A stretch of DNA of 24,000 nucleotides from Pasteurella dagmatis (GTDB lineage Bacteria; Pseudomonadota; Gammaproteobacteria; Enterobacterales; Pasteurellaceae): NCBI RefSeq assembly GCF_900186835.1, contig NZ_LT906448.1, positions 1,854,606 through 1,878,605 on the forward strand. Direction: 5' to 3'. The notes below the pieces were generated by a model. That model saw only the letters and a program-made list of their open reading frames with translations, was not told where the DNA came from and did no database searches. The position numbers and the translations under genes were made by a program. Positions 18,184-24,000 of the stretch are shown here, in pieces (position 1 is the first letter of the stretch; each line of letters opens with the position of its first letter).

Positions 18184-19197
18184 TTACTCGCCTTTACGCT
18201 CACGCGCTAATAAGCTTGCTGCTACTTCTTGTGCATTTTTCCCACAGAATAATACTTGGTAAACCTGCTCTGTAATCGGCATTTCAACTCCTTGACGTTG
18301 TGCCAATAAATAAGCTTCTTTTGCATTATAAAAACCTTCAACCACTTGTCCAATATTATCCATCGCAGTTTGTGCTGAAAAGCCTTGCCCAAGCATAATT
18401 CCAAAGCGACGGTTTCGTGATTGGTCATCGGTACAAGTTAACACTAAATCACCTAAACCCGACATTCCCATAAAAGTATTGGGATTCGCCCCCAAAGATA
18501 CTCCTAAACGACTAATTTCTGCGATACCACGTGTGATTAATGCAGTTCTTGCATTGGCGCCAAAACCCATTCCATCTGACATCCCTGCACTAATTGCGAT
18601 TACATTTTTAATTGCACCACCTAATTGTACGCCAATCATATCTTGATTGATATACACGCGGAAGTGCTTACTACAATGAATGCGAGCCTGAAACTCAAGA
18701 GCAAATTGCTCATTATTTGAAGCTAGCGCAATTGCAGTTGGCAAACCGGCTGCTAGCTCTTTAGCAAAAGTTGGACCGGAAAGAACGGCTAGCGGATATT
18801 GTATACCTAATTTCTCCTCGATCACTTCTTGTAAAAGGCGACCTGTATTACGCTCTAACCCTTTAGTTGCCCACGCAATACGATGATCTGGGCGTAAGTG
18901 CGGTTGAATTTTTTCAAGAACCTCACCAAATACATGACTTGGTACAACAATCAGAATATCACGAGATTTATGCAATGCACTTGCTAAGTCAAATTCAATA
19001 TGTAGTGCATCAGGGAAAGTAACATTAGGTAAAAAAGTATCGTTTTGACGCGATTCACTCAAACGTAACATATGTTCAGGATTATGTCCCCATAAATAGG
19101 TTGGAAAACCATTTCGAGAAAAGGCAATTGCCAACGCCGTACCATAAGAACCCGCACCAAGAACTGTAATAGGGGAGGTTGCAACAGTCGTATTCAT
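18184..19197 (-). CDS. gpsA: NAD(P)H-dependent glycerol-3-phosphate dehydrogenase
   Basis: Rossmann motif [12 protein letters not shown] and the GpsA C-terminal domain. RBS is AGGAG. The secB-gpsA-cysE order is conserved, as in E. coli. Confidence 0.96.
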   Translation of the reverse strand: MNTTVATSPITVLGAGSYGTALAIAFSRNGFPTYLWGHNPEHMLRLSESRQNDTFLPNVTFPDALHIEFDLASALHKSRDILIVVPSHVFGEVLEKIQPHLRPDHRIAWATKGLERNTGRLLQEVIEEKLGIQYPLAVLSGPTFAKELAAGLPTAIALASNNEQFALEFQARIHCSKHFRVYINQDMIGVQLGGAIKNVIAISAGMSDGMGFGANARTALITRGIAEISRLGVSLGANPNTFMGMSGLGDLVLTCTDDQSRNRRFGIMLGQGFSAQTAMDNIGQVVEGFYNAKEAYLLAQRQGVEMPITEQVYQVLFCGKNAQEVAASLLARERKGE

Positions 19198-19253
19198 TTT
19201 AGACTCCTGACAATAGTAAGATGATAAAAGAATGTGCTAAAAATATGATATGA

Positions 19254-19286
19254 CAAAAATTTTCGCTCTCAAAATGAGAGCGAAAA
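19254..19286 (-). terminator. Hairpin with U-tract after secB
   Basis: TTTCGCTCTC (19261-19270) pairs with GAGAGCGAAA (19276-19285). The minus-strand transcript continues ATTTTTG. Confidence 0.65.
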
Positions 19287-19299
19287 GTGTAGCTGGCTG

Positions 19300-19815
19300 C
19301 TAGTGAATTTCTTTGTTTTCTTCAGGGCTTTTTTCTGCCTGTTCTGCTTGTTCTTGGCGTTGTAAATAATCCATAAACAATGCATCAAAATTCACTGGGG
19401 AAAGATTTAATGCTGGAAATGTACCACGATTAACTAAGCTTGCCACTAATTCACGAGCATAAGGGAAAAGCATATTTGGGCATTGTGAAGTTAGGCAGTG
19501 TGCCATTTGAATATCTTCTAAACCACTGATAGTAAATATGCCAGCTTGTTTTACTTCACAGATAAATGCAACATCACCAGAGTCTTCTAATGTAGTTTCA
19601 ACAGAGATATTTAAGCAAACTTCATATAAATCATCACCAATTTGTTTTGCTTCAGTGCTTAAATCAAAACCTAATTTAGGTTTCCATTCTTGTTGGAAAA
19701 TATGTGGAAGATTTGGTGCTTCAAATGATACGTCTTTCACATAAATACGTTGAATTTGTAATACTGGCTGAACTTCTTGTTCTTCAGTGACTACTTCTTT
19801 GTTTTCTTCAGACAT
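19300..19815 (-). CDS. secB: Protein-export chaperone SecB
   Basis: 171 aa. The conserved core is [17 protein letters not shown], and the C-terminus is acidic. Confidence 0.95.
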   Translation of the reverse strand: MSEENKEVVTEEQEVQPVLQIQRIYVKDVSFEAPNLPHIFQQEWKPKLGFDLSTEAKQIGDDLYEVCLNISVETTLEDSGDVAFICEVKQAGIFTISGLEDIQMAHCLTSQCPNMLFPYARELVASLVNRGTFPALNLSPVNFDALFMDYLQRQEQAEQAEKSPEENKEIH

Positions 19816-19832
19816 TTTTTCATCCTTATGAC

Positions 19833-20273
19833 TTATTTTTTAATTAAAGGTAAGTTTGCTGAACGCCAGCCTGCGATACCTTCTTTTAAAGTATATACAC
19901 GGCTAAACCCTTGTTTTGATAACAATTCAGCTGAGGCATTTGATGTTAAGCCCGTCGCACAAACTACAATTACTGGGGTTTCTTTATGATGTTCAATTTT
20001 ACCCACATTATTATTTTTAATTTCTGTTGGAAGCACATTTACACTATTAATAATATGTCCACGCTGGAATTCATCAATAGTACGTAAATCCACGATAATG
20101 GCATCTTCATTATTTATTAAGCTCGTTGCTTCCGCATTGCTTACTATTTTAACTTTTGTTGTCGCTGCTTTAATAAAGGAATAAATCACAGTAAAAAATA
20201 CAGCAAACCAACATACCACCATTAACGTATGGTTTTGGGCAAATTCTTTTGCCATGGGAATAAATTCTTGCAT
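19833..20273 (-). CDS. Membrane-anchored rhodanese-domain protein (YibN-like)
   Basis: An N-terminal TM helix and a rhodanese fold with active-site loop VVCATGLTS. It lies 17 nt upstream of secB, as yibN does in E. coli. The track start at 20297 is a TTG; ATG 20273 (MQEFIPM...) is preferred. Confidence 0.8.
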   Translation of the reverse strand: MQEFIPMAKEFAQNHTLMVVCWFAVFFTVIYSFIKAATTKVKIVSNAEATSLINNEDAIIVDLRTIDEFQRGHIINSVNVLPTEIKNNNVGKIEHHKETPVIVVCATGLTSNASAELLSKQGFSRVYTLKEGIAGWRSANLPLIKK

Positions 20274-20315
20274 TTTTTTCTCAAGGTAAAGTTTCAAAAT
20301 AAGGCTTTAAGTATA

Positions 20316-20324
20316 ACCGCACTT
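20316..20324 (-). repeat. Uptake signal sequence (ACCGCACTT), intergenic
   Basis: Exact 9-mer. It overlaps a small palindrome, CTTTGAA-TATCT-TTCAAAG (20322-20340). Confidence 0.9.
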
Positions 20325-20498
20325 TGAATATCTTTCAAAGAAAGTATTTCATTTTAATTGATCTATATTATGGATAGGCTACCCAATTATTGTTATGATT
20401 ATCCAGCAATCTGAAAGGCAAAGGACATCTATTTTCAGCTAAAACGGTATCCTCCACATCGGAGGATGTTCAATTTAATATAATCAAAAGGATATATT

Positions 20499-21812
20499 AT
20501 GTTTCTTATTCAATTTGGCATAGTTTTACTCTGTATTCTAGTCGGTGCACGTATTGGTGGTATCGGACTTGGAGTTATGGGAGGTTTAGGTCTTGCTATT
20601 CTCTCTTTTGGGTTTGGTTTAAAACCAGCTGGCTTACCAATCGATGTTATGTTTATGATTATGGCGGTAGTGTCAGCTGCTGCTGCAATGCAAGCCTCTG
20701 GCGGTTTAGACTATATGATCAAAATCGCAACACGAATCTTGCGTAAAAATCCAAAACACATTACCTTTATGGCACCTGCAGTAACTTGGACATTCACTGT
20801 GTTAGCTGGTACAGGTCATGTAGCTTACTCCGTACTTCCCGTCATCGCTGAAGTAAGTCGTCATAATGGTATTCGCCCTGAACGCCCACTTTCAATGGCA
20901 GTAATCGCATCACAATTTGCAATTGTTGCAAGTCCAATCGCAGCTGCAGTTGTGGCAGTCGTAAACTATCTAGAACCACAAGGTATCACATTAGGTGACG
21001 TATTAGGTATTACAATTCCTGCCACTATTGCTGGTCTCTTCGTTGCTTGCTTATTTGTCAATAAAATGGGGAAAGAATTACACGAAGATCCAATCTATTT
21101 AGCTAAATTAAAAGATCCTGAATATGTGAAAGAAAGCCAAACACAATCGACTATCGGTGAGGGCGAGATTTCTAAAAACGCTAAAATTTCTGTAAGCATC
21201 TTCTTATTTGCTGCATTACTTGTTGTATTAATGGGTACATTCAAAGAATTACGCCCTGCCTTTGACGGCAAACCAATGGGCATGGCTCATACAATTGAAA
21301 TCGTAATGTTATCTGCAGGTGCATTGATTATGCTTATCTGTAAACCTGATGGCACTGCAGTAACTAAAGGTTCTGTATTCCACGCAGGTATGCGTGCAGT
21401 TATCGCAATCTTCGGTATTGCGTGGTTAGGTGATACATTAATGCAAGCACACATTACTGAAGTAAAAGAATCAGTGAAATACCTTGTAGAAACAGCACCT
21501 TGGGCATTCGCATTCGCATTATTTGCACTTTCTGTATTAGTTAACAGCCAAGGGGCGACCGTTGCAACGTTATTCCCATTAGGTATCGCTTTAGGTATCC
21601 CTGCACCGATTCTTATTGGTACATTCGTTGCAGTGAATGGCTACTTCTTCATCCCTAACTATGGTCCAATCATTGCATCAATTGACTTTGATACCACCGG
21701 TACAACTCGCATTGGTAAATTTATTTTTAACCACAGCTTTATGTTACCGGGCTTATTAAGCATGGCATTCTGTTTAGCGTTCGGATTATTGTTCGCAAAC
21801 CTTTTCCTATAA
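20499..21812 (+). CDS. dcuB: Anaerobic C4-dicarboxylate transporter, DcuA/DcuB family (DcuB-like)
   Basis: 437 aa polytopic protein. By my recollection of the E. coli sequences, the conserved blocks ([44 protein letters not shown]) are closest to DcuB. Confidence 0.88.
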   Translation: MFLIQFGIVLLCILVGARIGGIGLGVMGGLGLAILSFGFGLKPAGLPIDVMFMIMAVVSAAAAMQASGGLDYMIKIATRILRKNPKHITFMAPAVTWTFTVLAGTGHVAYSVLPVIAEVSRHNGIRPERPLSMAVIASQFAIVASPIAAAVVAVVNYLEPQGITLGDVLGITIPATIAGLFVACLFVNKMGKELHEDPIYLAKLKDPEYVKESQTQSTIGEGEISKNAKISVSIFLFAALLVVLMGTFKELRPAFDGKPMGMAHTIEIVMLSAGALIMLICKPDGTAVTKGSVFHAGMRAVIAIFGIAWLGDTLMQAHITEVKESVKYLVETAPWAFAFALFALSVLVNSQGATVATLFPLGIALGIPAPILIGTFVAVNGYFFIPNYGPIIASIDFDTTGTTRIGKFIFNHSFMLPGLLSMAFCLAFGLLFANLFL

Positions 21813-21830
21813 GCTTATCTTGTCTGGAAT

Positions 21831-21863
21831 TCCCCTAAGTTTATATTCTCAAAACTTAGGGGA
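21831..21863. repeat. Perfect 12 bp stem / 9 nt loop hairpin without a U-tract, downstream of dcuB
   Basis: TCCCCTAAGTTT (21831-21842) pairs with AAACTTAGGGGA (21852-21863). It starts 19 nt after the dcuB stop and shares a TCCCC(C)TA core with the 4755-4785 hairpin. Confidence 0.7.
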
Positions 21864-21967
21864 TAAAGCTTAACTCATTGTCAATAAACTATATCGATTT
21901 GAATCCTAAAATTTACCAGTGATAAAATCAAAAAGCACATTTGTTTAGGTAAGGATTGAATCTAATA

Positions 21968-21998
21968 ATAAAGGGCACTAAACAAAGTGCCCTTTTTA
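21968..21998. terminator. Bidirectional terminator between convergent dcuB and the DUF853 gene
   Basis: AAAGGGCACT (21970-21979) pairs with AGTGCCCTTT (21986-21995). T-runs follow on both strands. Confidence 0.8.
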
Positions 21999-22006
21999 TA
22001 TTAGAT

Positions 22007-23506
22007 TTATTTCTTCAATGCCCCTAAAATACCTCGCATAATTTGTTTGGTGACTTGGCTACGAATGCTTCGACCAACAGATTTTGCTACACCACTCACG
22101 ATCTCCTCTGTTACAGTCAATTTCTCACCACGTTTTTTGCTACCGAAAATCATTCGGCTCAAACTACCCACTAAACCACTTTCTGCTTCTTGTTGTGCTT
22201 GTTCTGCTTGTTTTTGCGCAACAGCTGCTAAATCGGCTTGTTGGTTTAAAATCTCAAATGCAGATTCATTATCCACCAAATCACGATAGAAAGGATAAAT
22301 GTCATCATCTTTTACCCAAGCATCACGATCTGCTGGAGAAATTGGTTTTAGCTGGCTTTTTGGTGGGAAAATATACGCAATTTCTACTGGTGACGGCATA
22401 CCTTTTTCATCTAAGAATGACACCAAAGCTTGTCCCACACCGAGCGTTGTAATGGTTTCTGTCACATTGATTTTTGGATTGATTCGGAACGTTTCTGCTG
22501 CCGCTTTTACCGCTTTCTGATCACGTGGTGTAAATGCTCGCAAAGCATGTTGCACACGATTACCTAACTGACCTAACACTGTATCTGGTAAATCAAGCGG
22601 GTTTTGTGTCACAAAATACACGCCTACGCCTTTAGAACGAATTAAACGCACCACTTGTTCGACTTTGTCTACCAATACAGCTGGCGCACCGTCAAATAAT
22701 AAATGGGCTTCATCAAAGAACATCACAAATTTTGGTTTTTCAGGATCACCCACTTCAGGCAAATTTTCAAATAACTCTGACATTAACCATAATAAAAACG
22801 CACTATACATTCTCGGAGAGTTAATTAATTTTTCAGAGTTTAATACGTTGATCACCCCTCGACCATCACGGGTCTGTAACCAATCTTCTAAATTTAATGC
22901 AGGCTCACCAAATAAATTTGCAGCCCCTTCATTTTCAAGAGTCAGTAATGCACGTTGGATTGCTCCTACACTTGCCGCCGATACGTTACCATATTCCACT
23001 TGGAACGTTTTGGCATTGTCTGCCACATATTTCAGCATTGCACGCAGATCTTTTAAATCGATAAGCAATAAGCCTTTATCATCAGCTACACGGAATACTA
23101 AATTTAACAAACCTTCTTGTGTAGCATTAAGATTTAATAAGCGTGAAAGCAGTAGTGGTCCCATTTCTGAAATAGTAGTACGTAATGGAATACCACTTTC
23201 ACCAAACACATCCCAGAACGACACAGGATAGCCACCTAAATAACTTTCTCCACCTAAATTAAACTGATCAATGCGTTCAGCAATTTTGCCTTGATATTGC
23301 CCCGCTTGAACTAAACCTGATAGGTCGCCTTTCACATCCACTAAAAAAACAGGCACACCATCATCACTGAATGCCTCTGCCATTTTGCGTAATGTAACGG
23401 TTTTTCCTGTCCCTGTTGCCCCCGCAATTAAACCGTGACGGTTTGCCATTTTTGCGGTAATACCGAGCTGTTGCCCCTGCTCAGTTTGTGAAAGAAGATA
23501 TTGCAT
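22007..23506 (-). CDS. yjgR: YjgR-like DUF853 / HerA-type P-loop NTPase of unknown function
   Basis: Walker A GATGTGKT near the N-terminus and a Walker B-like FVMFFDEAHLLF. Length is 499 aa, with a basic C-terminal tail, matching the E. coli YjgR architecture as I recall it. AAGGA lies upstream of the ATG. Confidence 0.8.
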   Translation of the reverse strand: MQYLLSQTEQGQQLGITAKMANRHGLIAGATGTGKTVTLRKMAEAFSDDGVPVFLVDVKGDLSGLVQAGQYQGKIAERIDQFNLGGESYLGGYPVSFWDVFGESGIPLRTTISEMGPLLLSRLLNLNATQEGLLNLVFRVADDKGLLLIDLKDLRAMLKYVADNAKTFQVEYGNVSAASVGAIQRALLTLENEGAANLFGEPALNLEDWLQTRDGRGVINVLNSEKLINSPRMYSAFLLWLMSELFENLPEVGDPEKPKFVMFFDEAHLLFDGAPAVLVDKVEQVVRLIRSKGVGVYFVTQNPLDLPDTVLGQLGNRVQHALRAFTPRDQKAVKAAAETFRINPKINVTETITTLGVGQALVSFLDEKGMPSPVEIAYIFPPKSQLKPISPADRDAWVKDDDIYPFYRDLVDNESAFEILNQQADLAAVAQKQAEQAQQEAESGLVGSLSRMIFGSKKRGEKLTVTEEIVSGVAKSVGRSIRSQVTKQIMRGILGALKK

Positions 23507-23689
23507 AGCTGTTTATCCTTAAAGAAAAAATGATCGATTCATAATAAGAAAAAAAGTGAATAGGGTCAAAAGATACCTGATATCATCACGTCATTTTTCT
23601 GGCTCAAACGCTTCTTCAAAATGACAGCACAAAATTCAGATAAAAACCCGATTTTATCGCCTTCCACCATTGAAATTTCTAAAAAATCG

Positions 23690-23698
23690 ACCGCACTT
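23690..23698 (-). repeat. Uptake signal sequence (ACCGCACTT), intergenic
   Basis: Exact 9-mer in the yjgR/gyrB divergent region. Confidence 0.9.
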
Positions 23699-23723
23699 AT
23701 TCTTAGCTAATTTGTCAAAAATT

Positions 23724-23732
23724 TGCTATAAT
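23724..23732 (+). promoter_or_regulatory. Candidate gyrB promoter, extended -10 (TGcTATAAT)
   Basis: TG at 23724-23725 and a perfect TATAAT at 23727-23732, about 35 nt upstream of the gyrB ATG. The -35 is weak: TTAGCT, 18 nt upstream. Confidence 0.45.
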
Positions 23733-23766
23733 CTCATCGATTTTTTACGGTTAAAAGAGAGAGACA

Positions 23767-24000
23767 ATGTCAAATAATACCCCTGAAAATTATGGTGCGA
23801 ATAGTATTAAGGTCTTAAAAGGACTAGATGCGGTACGTAAACGTCCTGGTATGTACATTGGTGATACAGATGACGGTACAGGCTTACATCATATGGTTTT
23901 TGAAGTGGTGGATAACTCCATTGACGAAGCTTTAGCAGGCTATGCAAAAGATATTACAGTAACCATTCATACTGATAATTCGGTTTCTGTACAAGATGAT
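23767..24000 (+). CDS. gyrB: DNA gyrase subunit B, 5' fragment (runs off the window)
   Basis: Hand translation from ATG 23767 gives [59 protein letters not shown]..., the invariant GHKL ATPase N-terminus of GyrB. It is missing from the ORF track because it is open-ended. Confidence 0.95.
   Translation, partial: MSNNTPENYGANSIKVLKGLDAVRKRPGMYIGDTDDGTGLHHMVFEVVDNSIDEALAGYAKDITVTIHTDNSVSVQDD

Noticed and set aside
20358-20371. FNR-like half-match TTGAT-CTAT-ATTAT, and a NarL/NarP-like heptamer TACCCAA (20380-20386), upstream of dcuB
   Set aside because: Only the left FNR half-site matches, and the heptamer is 6/7. Matches at that level are expected by chance in AT-rich intergenic DNA.
20479-20484. 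Perfect TATAAT 15 nt upstream of the dcuB ATG
   Set aside because: A TSS from this -10 would fall inside or after the AAGGA ribosome-binding site, leaving no functional leader. It also has no -35 partner.
21508-21525. Short tandem repeat GCATTCGCATTCGCATT inside dcuB
   Set aside because: There are only about two and a half hexamer units, and they encode an in-frame hydrophobic AFAFA segment. It is not a phase-variation tract: Haemophilus contingency loci have many tetranucleotide or longer repeat units.
22047-23231. Four long plus-strand ORFs (80, 122, 73 and 188 aa) antisense to the DUF853 gene
   Set aside because: They are shadow ORFs of a well-supported minus-strand CDS. Their translations are low-complexity (Ser/Asn/Phe-rich), they lack an RBS, and they tile the opposite strand, as expected from codon-bias mirroring.
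1-24000. Search for CRISPR arrays, tRNA/rRNA genes, IS elements or transposases, integrases, and long tandem or tetranucleotide repeats
   Set aside because: Reading through the intergenic regions and the ORF translations turned up none. All spacers of 100 bp or more are accounted for by promoters, terminators or the elements listed above.

Overview
This window looks like chromosomal core DNA from a Pasteurellaceae genome. It is AT-rich and carries 12 exact copies of the Haemophilus-type uptake signal sequence core AAGTGCGGT/ACCGCACTT; I cannot assign a species from sequence alone. Almost all of it is recognisable housekeeping or anaerobic metabolism. Left to right:
- an OPT-family oligopeptide transporter
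- cysQ
- the oxidative pentose-phosphate cluster zwf-pgl-(small orphan lipoprotein)-gnd
- a Cof-type HAD phosphatase
- comF and nfuA
- the tryptophanase operon tnaC-tnaA-tnaB on the minus strand
- the Na+-pumping oxaloacetate decarboxylase operon oadGAB
- the minus-strand block (rhodanese yibN-like)-secB-gpsA-cysE
- a DcuB-type C4-dicarboxylate transporter
- a YjgR-like DUF853 P-loop ATPase
- the 5' end of gyrB, which runs off the window and is absent from the ORF track

I see no CRISPR array, rRNA, tRNA, transposase, integrase or recognisable defence or toxin gene, and no convincing multi-gene novel system. The points worth a second look are small-scale:
1. An unlisted 26-codon tnaC leader peptide with the canonical W-x3-D-x7-P spacing and a Proteus-like 3-codon tail.
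2. A perfect CRP palindrome, plus a degenerate copy, in the tna/oad divergent control region.
3. A CRP-S-like (TGCGA) competence-regulon site in front of a stand-alone comF.
4. A composite imperfect-palindrome element upstream of the orphan lipoprotein.
5. Two U-tract-less perfect hairpins that share a TCCCC(C)TA core.
6. A roughly 290 bp gene-free AT-rich gap between convergent terminators.

Several ORF-track starts are over-extended TTG/GTG or upstream-ATG starts. I re-set them to ATG codons with Shine-Dalgarno support.
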